A stretch of 64,000 bases of DNA from Chrysomallon squamiferum (lineage: Eukaryota; Animalia; Mollusca). Below the pieces are notes generated by a model, which did no database searches, was not told where the DNA came from, and saw only the letters and a program-made list of their open reading frames with translations. The position numbers and the translations under genes are program-made. Shown here piece after piece: positions 26,240 to 41,135 of this stretch; the first letter of the stretch is position 1, and each line of letters starts with the position of its first letter. The stretch covers positions 16,740,001 through 16,804,000 of the forward strand of contig CM022672.1 in NCBI GenBank assembly GCA_012295275.1. The letters run 5' to 3'.

Positions 26240-28548
26240 CAACAACAAAATACAACAATAATAATAACAAAACTAATAATAACAACAATAACAATAGCAA
26301 TAATTATAAAATAAAAAAATAAATAAAATAAAATTTTGAAAGATGTACTCATTTACATAGTCAGATGCATATAGAAAGAAAGATCAATCGATAAACAGAG
26401 ATAGTTCATTTATAAAATAAATGTCAGCTTCATCTTCTGAATGATGCTGTACAAGTTCAGGAACATGTTGGAGGAAAGAGAAATTCAAGAAGTCTGAATC
26501 CTACCCAGAGCATGTGCAAATCTTGACTTTGTCACCCTTTACCATTGAAAGGACAATGAATGAATTTGAAACAACGAATTACCGTATGAAAAAAAGCTGT
26601 GTGGTGAAGAAAGAGAAAGTGATTCTATCCCTCTGTGATAAGAAACAAGGGAAAGTTCTGACAAATGAATTGAAGGAGGAAATAATCCAATTTTATGAAA
26701 GTGATGAGGACAGCAGAATATGTCCGGGAATGAAGGATACAGTGAGCATTTGAAACATTTCAGATTTGGTGCTGTGGGATCCCAGTCAACAAGTATACCA
26801 AGTTTTATGAAAATCTGAGACGGTCGGGTTTAAATTTCTTTTTTTTTGGGGGGGAGTGTGATTTGACATGGAATGACCCTATTATATTATATAATGTTAT
26901 ATAATATAACTTATAACATGAAATGCTATGTCATGATTTGGTATATGATATGATAGTAATAATACTGCATAGCAATTATACTAGCTTAAAACAATTAATA
27001 TATTTTAATTTTCCAATAAAATATTTTTCAAATATTGCTGAATTCTTATTTTACTTTTTTGCCCAGGCTGGAGATTGTTTCAAAGACAGGGAAATCTGGA
27101 AGTTACTTTAAAGCGGGTTATTACACAATAGTCTACCATCTTAAAGACAGCACACAAGCTACAGTCCCCTGCTCTTTTTCATTTCGAGTGAAAGGTAAAT
27201 AAACACGAATAAATAATTTAAAACATTATTTACTGATATAAATTAGACAAAAGAAACAGAAACACATTCAGACTAACGTTTCATTCTTTCTTTATCTTTT
27301 TTACATTTTTTTTTTTTAACCTGTGTGTGTATGTGCATATGTATGTATAGATGTATGTGTTAGACATTATTTATATTTGTAAATATGTATGAATTTATAT
27401 CAAACAAATACTACAACAGACAATATTTTCTGAATGTAGTGAATTATATATTATTTTAGTACGAACATGTGCTTGGCCAGGCTGGCTGAAGAACGGAGAA
27501 ATAAAATGCGGTGAAGGGAATATAAAATATGGAGATAAGTGTAGCATTCACTGTAATAAAGGATACATGCTCAAAGGACATTCAGAAATAACTTGTCAAG
27601 CCAATGAAACTTTTGACTATAATTTACCGCAGTGTCAACGTAAGTATACTTATTCATCTCCTATTAATGATGAGCATTCTGTGCAATACTTGTAGGTTAC
27701 TTTAAGAAAAAAAAAAGAAAAAAAATAGAATAAAAAATAATAATAATAATAATAATAATCAGTACAAAAAAAACAACAACAGTATTATCCAAAAATATTA
27801 GTTTTTCTTCACCTATCTTTGTTAACTTTTTAGCAAAATATTTACTTTGAAAAATATATTATTATTATTATTATTATTATTATTGTGCTGTTATTACTGA
27901 TATTATTATATTTTCTAACTGTTGTATTAGTTCTTGTGAAAGGCATAGCTTTTTAAAAATAAATACCAGTAATTTACAAACTGATTTTTCCTATAGCAAA
28001 ATCGTGTCCTGCTTTGGAAAAGCCGAATTATTCAAATGGTTTTACGTGTACAGATGGGTACAAGTTAAACAGTATCTGCACACTGAAATGTAAATCGGAT
28101 TTAGGATTTACTTCATCTCCAGCAAGGACAATCTGCCAGGCCTCACAAAAATGGCGTTTACCATATCCACGATGTTTAGGTATATTTATATAACTGGTTA
28201 TAAATAGATGACTATAAAGCTTTATAAACCAAATTTTAAAAAGGATAAATAAGTAAATAAATAAATAAATAAATAATCTTCTTAATAATTGTTAATTTCA
28301 ACGTCTAGGATTTTACATTCTTTTTGAATAAATACATTTTCAGGAATTATATGGACATTACAATAACACACACACACACACACACACACATTTTAATCTT
28401 AAATCTATACTACATACAATATTAATATAAGAAAATAGAAATATATCGTATTATTATCTATGTTATCTTAATATTCAGGGGTGAAAAAAAAGTATACGGA
28501 CGTATGTACGTATGTGTGTATGTTTATTAATGCATTGTTGTGTGTGTG

Positions 28549-28630
<82 letters not shown>

Positions 28631-31600
28631 TATGGTCATCTCACACATATATATATATATATATAATTGTATGTATGTATGTAAGTATGTGTCTATTCGT
28701 ATTTTAATTTCAGACACTGTGAGTCCTGTATTCATAAACTGTCCATCAAAAACAGTTGAAGCTAATGCTGAAAAAGGAAAAACAACAGCTGTTGTTACGT
28801 GGGATCCTCTAAAGGCGACTGACCAACTCTGGAAATGTGACAGTGTTACAAACTAATGGATTACAGCCTGGACAGATATTCAGTGAAGGCAGCAACATGA
28901 TACAGTACACAGCCACCGATCCAACAGGAAACAAAGCTTTCTGCACTTACGCAATTAACGTGAATAGTAAGCATTGTTTCTGATGATTTTTATTTGGAAA
29001 TGCTTTATACGTAAACCATTGCTGGGAATGATTTAGATAATGTTGTGCAGTGAAAATATATTTTACATAACAATAATTATACATTTATGTCATAATTATA
29101 CATTTATCTTTTACAATATTGTAGCACTGACATGTAAACTGCCCAAGTTTGATGATGATGATCTGGTATTTGACTGTGCTCAAGGATACCGGTATGGGTC
29201 TCAGTGTTCTGTTTCCTGTAAGAATGGTCTCCCTTTGAACGGAACTAACACGATCGTCTGCGAAAAAGATGATTCGCTTTCGCCAGTCACCTACTGGGAT
29301 CTTGGAGGTGGAAATAAACCACATTGCATTAGTAAGCTGTTACGAGTAGTAATACTGATATCAGACCACATATCCAACTACAAGGAAAGAAAAGAAATTA
29401 ACAAACAACCGGGTTTAGAAGTACACGAAATTCTAATAACTTTAGCAGCAATAGTAAAATTTGCTCACTAATGATAAAAGTAAAATACTAATAATTACTA
29501 ATGTAAAAAAAATTATTACTTTTGTTCTTGTTGTTTTGTTGATAAATTCTAATTATTGTGTTTATTTAGAACGACCGTGCAAAGCACTGACGGCTCCAAA
29601 ACATGGAGCTTTAGCTTGTGACACAAACATGGGAGGAACGTTTTGCTCTATGTCCTGTGAGAAGAGCTGGGATATTCCTCGCACTGCTATAGCTGTTAGT
29701 ATGTACACGTGTGGCTGGTCCACTGGCATGTGGAAGCCAACATCCATTGTTCCTGACTGCACGGGTAAGTGTATTTTTTTAAATAAACAAAATTATTTTT
29801 AAAAAAGAAAGAGGGGGCCAAAAATGTCAGATTCCCAAATGTATAGTGTGTTTTGACCATTTGATTTTTTGTTTCTTTGTTTTGTTTATTCATTTATTTT
29901 GTTGTTAGTGTATTTATTTATTTATTTGTCTTTTGTTTTAATTTCCTTTCCATGCTACCTTAGTCCCTTTTTTCTTAATATTATGTTTTATAATTCAGTG
30001 TTTGTTTTTAATTTTCATTCACATTACATATCTTACTATATTTTCTCTGTATTTCTTTTTTATTTTGTTTTATTTATAAAAAAAAAAAATTTTCATTTAT
30101 TCATGAATTTTATTTTTTTTATTTTTATTTTTTTCCTTTGAAATAATGAAATGAGCGTAAACTTTATTGGAATATATATTTTTTTTAAACTCCATCACAA
30201 CAATGTTAGCAATGATATCTTAATATAAATATTTTGCACAATATTTTTTGCTCACCAGAGACTGATCTTTTTATATACAGTATTCCCTCGCTATTCGCAA
30301 GGGGTTACGTTCTTTACCCCCCCGCGAATAGCGAAAAACCGCGAATATTGGATGCAGTTTTAAAACGTCTATTATGAGATTATATACGGAACTAAATGCT
30401 TCCCAAACACTTTCTAAAGACACTCTTACTCATTAATACAGTAATAATGTAGTAATATTGCATGCAGTTATGTATTTCACTAATGTAGTAATGATAATGT
30501 AAACACATTTTAATTTTGTACTGAAACAGTATTTTAATCAGAAAGAAACGTAAGTACAGGAGGACAGTAACACTGCATAGCATAGTTACCCGTACTGTAT
30601 TACTGTACCATAAAGTCATTTTCTATGCGTACACATATGTATTAGAATTGACAGAAAGTGGAACAAATTTAAAGGCAAACAGACAGATAAATACAGTACG
30701 CACAGTTCAGGTAATAATAATACAATTCAGTAATAATATGCAATTAAAAACATTATTAATACACGGTCACAAAAAATATGCACTGTACATACAGTGTATG
30801 CATTTATAAAAAAATACATACTGTATTGCAATAATAATTGAAAAAATTTGATATTGTTTGTGCTGTCACCAATAATGAATGATAATAAAATGATGATGAA
30901 ATTTGCAGTGCCATACGATGATGATGATAACGCTAATGTACAGTATGGCACAGCTTAGCTGCTGCTTTACAGCACTTTATGTAATTATTCCTACTCTTCA
31001 GGCACTTACGTCTCTATGACCTACAAAAACCTGTTTTACCGAGCATTTGTTTTTGTGACGTTATGACGCTAGCCTGGTATACCAGCATACGATGCGATAG
31101 GGTTAAGAGCCTAACCCGTGAATATGCGGGGCCGCGAATGGGGAACCGCGAACAGGTGAGGGTATACTGTATATCTTTCCACCTGTCATTGACAGGCTAG
31201 TCACAGGCTAGTCACAGTGGACTGGAATGGAAAAAAAATAATTGTGTATTGATTAAGATCTATCACTTTTCTACACTATTACCTCATAGTTATAGGCTAC
31301 TCATTCAAACACAACAAATAAATAAATAAATAATAAAAGCTTAGTCTTTTCCAGTTCCAGAGCAGTGTTTTCCAAGGCACCATCCCTGTGATTGATGAAC
31401 TACAAAAATGTTTGTCTGGCAGGTTGTGTGTGTGTGTGAGAGAGAGAGAGACAGAGAGACTATATATTAATCGGTGCTTGAACTAGTATTGTCAAAAAAT
31501 GAAACAAGTTTCAAGGTTATAAGCATCAACAAGAAATATTTAGTTGACAACCAGTGTGTTTTATTGACACATTTTTTTTTTTTTTTAAATTAGACAATAC

Positions 31601-34600
31601 AGCTAAAATATTGTGCAACTCAATCACTGTATTAATAACATTCATGTATTTACAATTCTTTCAGCAAAGCATGTAGCAAGTCGATTGCGCTTGAAGTCTC
31701 AACTCTACTACTATTCTGGAGATTGCTCCTCTCCAGATACACTGGCAGAAATCAAGCAGAAGTTTGTAGGAATTATGAATGAGTCTGGCATCTGGACAGA
31801 TGGTTGTCCATGCACTGTGGAAGATGTCAGTGTCATCTGTGGTGAAGCCAAAAAGAGAAGAAAAAGAAGTGCTGACACATACGAATATTCACAGGTACCT
31901 TACACAAGCTACTTTTATTTAATGTCATTTGCTATTTAATTAATTATCCAATGTTATTGGCTGTTGTAATTATGTAATGTCATTAACTACTTGGACCATC
32001 TAACATTGTTATTAGCCATTTAAATTATCTAATGTCAGAAACACACACACATATCAGTAGACAGATAAATAATATATTTGTTTTTAAATATATATAATGA
32101 GTCTTCATTTATTATTTTCTTCAACCCAGATTAAAAAGAGATCTGTACCAGCAGCCATAATAACGTGGTACTGGACTGTCCCAATTGAGAATGGAAACAT
32201 CTTAGCAGCAGATGAACATCTGTTGGCACGAGCAGACAAAATGTTTAACCTAGTGAAAAATAATCAGCTCAATATTAGTGTGGAAAGTTTTAAAATCAGA
32301 CCGGACTCCTATGGATATGATGAATCAAATCCTGACTGTCCTCCTGGATATCTAGGAGTCTTCAGAACAGGAACATGCTGTAAGTAATAATTGATAAAGT
32401 AGCTACAAAACTAAATAAATATTCTAATAAATAATGTTACAATTAATAATACAGTGGTACCTTGGCGTACAAGTTTAATTCGTTCAGTGACTGAGCTTGT
32501 AATTCAATTTGCTCATATATCAAATCAGTTTTCCCAACTGAACTTAACTGAAATACCATTAATCTGTTCCATCCCCCCCAAAACCACCCCATTTGTTTTG
32601 TAATGTGTTTTCAAGTAAGAAAAATGTATTTATAAATGAGAAATACTGTATAAAAACAAAATAAAAGAGAATGCAAAAAAATAAATTGTTTTGTAAAGTG
32701 TATTTTTCTTGGAGATCTGACAGATTGTGTTAATGCCTTTGGCTGATGTTACAGCCTTTATTGACTCCTGCTTCAGTATGGTACATATTTGTACTATGCT
32801 TCTACTGCCTAGCCATGTCAACTACATGCACACTTCACTCAAGTTTCTTTACGATTTCATGCTTTAATTTAATGGACATCATCCACTTCTTCTTCTCATC
32901 ACTGTCCTTTGCACTCACTTTCTTATCATCAATAGTCAAAACAAATTTGGCTAGATACTGTACAAAATGCGAGCACAACACAACAGAGATACTTCCATAG
33001 TAATCATGTGAAGTAAACAAGTGAGACGCAGGATGCTGGGTGGATGTTGAGTTGTTCAAGCTCGCTTGTATCTCAGATTTTGGCTCACAACTCAAAGCAA
33101 AAAATCTACCAAGCAACTGCTCATAGCTCAGAAAACTTGCAAGTTGAGCTACACTGTTTAATCTAAAAGTGAATACTGTAATAAATAAATGTAATAAATA
33201 ATAATACAGCTTCAAAACAGAATATTTTAAATATTGTAGCTGAATATTCTAATTAATAAATGTAATAATTAATAAAATAACTACTGAAACTGAATATTCT
33301 AACAAATAAATGTAATAATTAATACTGTATCTACCTAAACCGAATTTTCAATATATGTGATTATACTTAACAATATAGCTACTAAAACTGAACTTTATAA
33401 AAGGTGAATGTAATAATTAATAATATAGCTAAAACTGAACATTGTAATTAATAAATTAAGTAATTAAAAATGTTGATATTAAAACTGGCCTTTGTGTTAA
33501 ATATATGTAAAAATAAATAATATAATAACTGAAAGTGAACATTGTCATAAATAAATGTAACAACTGTTCGTGTAGATAAAACTAAATATCCTTATAAATA
33601 AGTGTATAATTAATAATAAGCTGCTCAAACTGACTGTTCTAATAGATATATGTAATAACTGGTTTTCTATTTAATAATAAATATAATAGAAGACATGTTC
33701 AAGAATTTTGAATTATTTTCATTTAAACAGCTCCGTGTCCTACTGGTACAATGTACAATGCCTCAATTGATGACTGTGCTGCCTGTACTCCTGGGACATA
33801 TCAAGACATTGAAGGTCAGTTTCAGTGTAAATCCTGCCCAGCTGGTACAAAAACAATAAGTGAAGGGGCTAGATCGAAGGACAAATGTATTGGTAAGTTT
33901 ATAAATGACTGTCTGTTACTAATTAGCAATTATTTTAAGATACCTCATCATATTTAATCATCAGTTGGTTATTCATATGTTTTCTTGTATAATCATAACA
34001 TAAGAGTTGCAATATAGGTGATATAAAAATCTGGATAATGATAATTTGTCAGTTTGGATAATGCTATAAAAAGTTTTAGATAATTATAATATAAAAGATT
34101 GGATAACAATGGTATAAACATTTGGATAATGATTATGTGATATATAGATAAAGATGATATATTTTCTTGGATAATGGTCATTTAAAAATGAAAATCATCT
34201 ATCACTACTCTAGAGTCTAATCTTACCAAATAGGAAAAACTGACTGTTTACTTGCCCTTTTCAAATAGAGGAAACACACATATAAAAACTAGAGGCAACA
34301 CTCAGGAGGATTAATCCTACAAACTATTTTCTAATTATCTGTTTATCTTGCAAATACATTAACAGTGTTAAGGATTAGTCTTTAAAATATTTATAACTAT
34401 TATCATTTCAAATGTATAAATTATCAGAGATAAACATAAAATCATAATATGATGATTTTTATATTATATTTTACAGACTGTATTGACAACTTATTAGTTT
34501 GAAACTGTATAATTATAAATGTGTCAGATTTTCTTTTTATCTCTTTAATATTACTTTATTATTATTATTATTTTATTTTTTATTTTTTGAGGTTTTCTTT

Positions 34601-36522
34601 ATTTGCTTTTGGTGTTTTATTATTATGATTATTATTATTATTATATATTTTGTTTTTAATATAATTATCATTTTATTATTAAAAACAGTAAAAATGTTTT
34701 CAACACACATACACACATACAATCATACAATCATCATACAAACTTACTGTTTATTATTTCTATTTTTATTTAAAGAATTATGTCCAGCTGGGTATTTTTC
34801 TGAGAGTGGTTCTGTGCCCTGTGATGCTTGTCCTGTTGGGAAATTTCAGCCAGGCACTGGATCAACAACATGTTTGTCATGTGAACCAGGCACTACAACA
34901 TCAGGCACTAACACAACTACTGCAAGTGCTTGTCAAGGTATGAATAATTTTGTTTCTAAGTTTATCTGGTTCAAAATATTATAGTTTGCATAAAATACAA
35001 GATTGATAATGCAAATCCAAAATATTAATATAGTATAAATATTATGACTTTATATTAATCTTTCTAGCCAGTTAATGATATTGTGTTTCTGTTTGTTTTC
35101 TTTTATTATTAAGCATATCTGAATATAAAAAATAAAAAATTTCAAGGATTAATATCTCAGCAAAATTTCTGTTGATTCACATAATTTTGTTTTCAGCATG
35201 AACAGGTGAATATTTAGCTAGCAGGCAAAAAAAAATGTTTTTCAATATTAGATACATTTAAACTAATGAAAAGCAAAATATATTATTTTTAATTGAACTG
35301 TTTAAGAGCATAAAACCATGTTGTCATTCTGGATCAAACAGAAGAACACATCGAAGAACTGAAAACTGAATTATTAACTATCTCTATTACTGATGGCAGT
35401 TTTCTCTGATGATCATGAGGTTGTTTGATATGTTGTTGGTGATGTGATGAACAGTAGTAGACTGCTAAAATAACAACCACTAAACAAACCATGCGCTCTT
35501 CTAGAAACAGAAATATATTATTGTGGATATATTTTCTGAAAATGTGAAAAAAAAATTCATTGTTACACTCTTATACTTACATTGAGATTTATTTATGCAT
35601 TGCTGTGATTATTAATTTGTTTTCTCTCAAGCATTTGATGTGATCATCGAAGGCCCAACAGTGGTATCATCAAAAAGTGTTTTTAATCAGAACATCAGTG
35701 ATTTGACTCTGTCAATGTGGCTGGCAACTGGATCTGCTAATGGAAGTTTTGGAATCAAGCAACCAGATGGAACCATTCCACTTCAATTGACATTTGGGTC
35801 AACATTGACACTCAATCTGTTAGGGTAAGCATATACAGAAATATGTTAATGTGACATTAATGGATATTCTATGTCAAACAAGGTGCTACTATATGTATGT
35901 ATGTATGTATGTGTATACATACATCAATACATACATACATACATACATACATACAGATATAATAGATGAAAATAATAAAGGAAAAAATGGATTGTACATC
36001 AACTTAACAACTGGATATGTTAAGTGTGTTTTATTTATTTTGTTTTGTTTTGTTTTATTTGTGAATTACGAAGTTTTCCAGACCAGAAGAGGTCACATAC
36101 TAATAAATCATGCATCCCTAAGCAAATAAATATACAACTCCCACTGCTAAAAACTTAAACAGATATTAAATTCATAAGTGGTACATCTTAATTAGTACAG
36201 GATACTTCAGTAAAATCAGATTATTAATTCAAAAAATATAAATATAAATTAATGAATTTAAGATGTCTGGTCCTAATTTCATCTGATACTGAAACATCTA
36301 CTGAAAAATCAGTACTAGTTGAACTGTCTACTTTTTATATATTTTTGTATTTTTTTGTTTATTTTCTTATTATTATTAATTTTTTGTTTTCTTCTTCTGT
36401 GTCAAACAAAGTGCTTACACATACATACATACATACATACATACATACATACATACATACATCTGTACTAGTCACAACAACTATCTACTTTTTATTTTTT
36501 ATTTTATTTCTTTGTTCACTTT

Positions 36523-36553
<31 letters not shown>

Positions 36554-39500
36554 ATATTATTCTTTTCTTCTAGGAAATCCATAGCAAATTTGGCGTTTAC
36601 AACATCGGAGTGGCTCTACATAGCCATTGTTTATACCACTGGAAACAGGACAGTAGTCATGTATAAAAATGGCATAAAAGAAAATTCCTGGTCTATTCCA
36701 TCTGATGTATCACCTGGGTTCATTTCCGGTTCAAAACTTGAAGTGGAATTAATCACAACAAATGGTATAAAACTAATTGATAATTGATTTATAAAAAATA
36801 CAGAATATTGTGAAACAGGTATTATAATTAAAAAAAATAATAATTATAATAATTAAAATAAAATGAAAATATAAGTGAAAAGAGAATTTGAAAGTGATTT
36901 GAAATAAAAAATTAAAATAAGATAATAATAACAATAATAAAGTTTAAAACAGCATAAAACTAATTTCAATAAAAATATGCACAATTAAATAAATAATTTT
37001 GTCCTTCATTTTACAGCTATCACTGTGAGATCTGTGTTTGTAACCCCAACAGCACTATCTGCTGGTGAAGTTGAGACTCTGTCCAAATCATGTGCAAGCA
37101 AACCAAGTAACAGTATTATTTCAGTCAGCGACCTGACAACTGCAGATTCACAACAAAGAGTTCGTCTCACAATGCCAACAACATGTGACGGTAAGCCAAC
37201 AAAATTAATATCAGTTATTAGCTGTAGATTTCTGAATAGGGAAGATTTCTTACTGTGACTCCATTTCCTAAGTTAATACTGTTTCTTGCTTAAAAACTAT
37301 TATACAAATACAGCTGTTTCATTGCTCACATTGACTGACTCTATATTCAACAAATGGCAGAAGTTTCCATATTATAGGAATGGTCCATTTCAAACTTTCT
37401 ACATATCCATCTGAAATCTAACATTATTTCTGTTTAGATAACAGATGTTAAAATCATTACTGGAGAAGATACCTGTTACAAATATAAACTGCAATATGAA
37501 ACAGTATAAAAATAATGATATGCATATTTCCATGAATGTACATGTTAATTTTATTAATTATAAAATTGATATAAAAAGTGAAAATGTTCATAATATTAGA
37601 TGTATGATATTGCTAAATGACATAATTTTGAATGGTAAAGTAATAATTTGATTATGAAAAATAGAATTTACCAATATTTACAAATAATAGATTTCAGAAT
37701 ATAATTATGAGATATCATCTAATCTACAAAATTTTAAAAAATGAAAAAATGAAAGAAAGCAAGAAGAAATTTCTATTATATTGTATTTTATTTTTAAAAT
37801 GGCAAAGTAAAACACCAAACCAAAGATGTTAAAATCATTATTGGAGAATATACCTCTAATAAATATAAACTGCATATGAAACAGTATAAAAATAATTATA
37901 TGCATATTTCCATGAATGTACATGTTAATTTTATTAATTATAAAATTGATATAAAATGTGAAAATGTTCATAATATTAGATGTATGATGTTGCTAAATGA
38001 CATAATTTGGAACAGTAAAGTAATATTTTGATTATAAAAAACAGAATTTACCAATATTTACAAATAATAGATTTCTGAATATTTTGAGATTTAATCTAAT
38101 TTTTAAAGAAAGAAAAGAAAGCAAGAAGAATTTTTTTTAATTTTTTTTATTATTTTTTTTACAAGGGCAAAGTAAAACACCAAACCAAAGCATGTTAACT
38201 TTTGTATTTATTATTAACTTTTTTAACAGCTGTGGATGAATGTCTACAAAACTCGATATGCAATGGACACACCTGTATAAATTTGCCAGGTAGCTACAGG
38301 TGTGAATGTCAAAATGGATATTCTGGTTCAAACTGCAACATACCTCCTGATTACTGTTTGAATCACCAATGCATGAATGGTGTTTGCAACAATGGACAGA
38401 ACAATTATACCTGTCTCTGTTTTGATGGATACAAAGGTCACTTCTGTGATGAAGTCATAGGTAAATGATGTTTCTTCCATTTCACAGTTAACAAGTATTT
38501 GTTTCTAAAAGTGATTATCTTACAATAAATCATGAATGTTATAGTAAATAGTGTTACAGTACATATTGAATGTTGTATTATAATGTGTTACAATAATTAG
38601 TGAAAGTTATTATTAATGTTTTATAGTAAATGGTGAAGGTTATTATTAATGTTTTATAGTAAATGGTGAAGGTTATTGTTAATGTTTATAGTAAATGGTG
38701 AAAGTTATTGTTAATATATTACAGTAAATATTGAATGTTGTATTATAATGTGTTACAGTAAACTGTGAAAGTTATTATTAATGTTTTATAGTAAATTGTG
38801 AACGTTATTATTAATGTTTTATAGTTATTGTTAATGTGTTACAGTAAATGGTGGATGGTCAAACTGGACTGGCTGGGACCAGTGTTCTCAGACTTGTGGA
38901 GGAGGAATTCAGAAAAGAACCAGACGCTGTGACAATCCTGCTCCAACACAACCAGAAGGAAAAAACTGCACTGGGTCAGCTTCTGAGACGAAAGCCTGCA
39001 ACACAGAAAAATGTCCAGGTTTGTAAACAGATTAACACTGTATTTTCACATAATTGAACTCTGTGGCAATCATTGATTGTTATTTTGACCTGTAATATTT
39101 TTTCCTTGTTTCAGTCTGCCTGGCTAGTGATGTGAGAAGAGGTATAGGGTCTTATGTCAGCTGTAATGGGACAGAGGCAGCTCTAGACTGTGTTCCACAG
39201 TGCAAAGACAAAAGCAAAGTGGTAGATGATAATATTCTCGTCTCTTGTCGAAATGGTGTTTGGAATTCAAAGAGACCAAAAGTGGCATCATGCACAAGTA
39301 AAACATTTTTTTAAATGTTTAATGTTATTTTGAAATTATGATGTTATTTATTTTAAATTCATAAATGCTAGCTGATAATTTTGTTTCAAATTAAACTGAT
39401 AATTTAGTTGTATTTATTTTTAAATTCTATAAAACATTTAGATATTTTCTTTAACAATTACTATATTTTATATCATTCTTATGGTAACTGATAATTTGTT

Positions 39501-40161
39501 TTAAACATTAACATGTTATCTGACTTTTAAAAAGAATTTTTTTTTTAAATCAGTCTTTAACTATAACATACACAGTGTTACTTTTAAACATTAAACATTA
39601 AGATAAATTGCTCCAGAAGTATATAAAATATTATAAATTATTATAATTTGGTGTCATATAATGATATTATGTTTATTTTTATTTTATTTTTTTATTTTTT
39701 TTTATTCAAAAAATCAGATGGCATATCAGTTTCATCTCTGAATAAATAGTGATTATTACAAACTAACACTCACACACTCTTTTGATTTATCAGTTTTCAG
39801 AATCAATATTCAATTTAATTATTATTTATTAATATTTCAGAAGCAATCTCTCCCTCCAGACTAACTCTGGCCACTTCAGCAACATTAAATACAAATAAAG
39901 AGTTATCCTCCTCTGTTATAAATGATCTGGAATCATCCATTGATAACAGTCTTAGTCAGGTAAAGTGCAGGAATGACACATTGTGTCAAATGAATGTTAC
40001 TGTTGTAACTGACAGCACTAGTCAGAATGGAAAGAGGAAAAGATCAGTTGGCACTGCAGTTACAATCACCATGACATCAGCAATTTCAGACGGTGATCTT
40101 CAGCTTGCAGAACTGATGACTTCAAAAACTGGTAAAAATATTTAGTTTATATTTTGATCTG

Positions 40162-40205
<44 letters not shown>

Positions 40206-40628
40206 GATGTATATCTTTTCATGGTACAAACAAACACAATCTATATACTTTTGACTGGAAGCCTTTCAGAGAAATTTTACCAAAAAAATTGAAAAACAGA
40301 GGGAAAATATTAATGTCTTTGCATCATTTTCAGTTTATGTTCACCTAGTCACAAAATTTACATGCAGCAGCTTTTGATAAATATGATCAACAGATTGATC
40401 AGGAATACACCTAATTACGGATTCTTAATTAATCCTTTGACTTATCATTAAGCATTTAAAAAGATGTTTTTTTGTTTATTTTTTTATATATATATATATA
40501 TATTTGGGGTTTTTGGTTGGGTTTTATTTTTTTATTTTTTTGTTTTGTTTTAAAGGCAATATTTAAGTGATTATAATAAATATATTAATTATTGTTTTTG
40601 TTATTGTTGTTGATGTTGTTACTGTTAT

Positions 40629-40666
<38 letters not shown>

Positions 40667-40706
40667 TTATTATTATTATTATTTTTATTTTTATTATTAT
40701 TATTAA

Positions 40707-40757
<51 letters not shown>

Positions 40758-41101
40758 CTTTATTATTTCTGCATGTTCCAGTGAGTCCTCAGCTACAGCT
40801 AGTGATTGATCAAATTAGTGTACTTGAACAGTCAGTACAGCAGATACAAAATGACACTTCTGTGTTTGATGTTACTGTTGATGGTGTGCAGTATTCCATT
40901 CTGAGAGAAAGCATACAAGTAACACCTGATGTGCAGTGTCCATCTGGAGCTGTGTTCAGAAACGTCCTGTGTGGTAAACCATTTCTTTCTGAATACATAC
41001 TTCTGTACTTTTGTGAAAATATCAAAAAAAAAGAAATTAAACAGATACATATGAAAAAGATAAACACACACACACACACATACAGGTGTGTATATGTCTC
41101 T

Positions 41102-41135
<34 letters not shown>

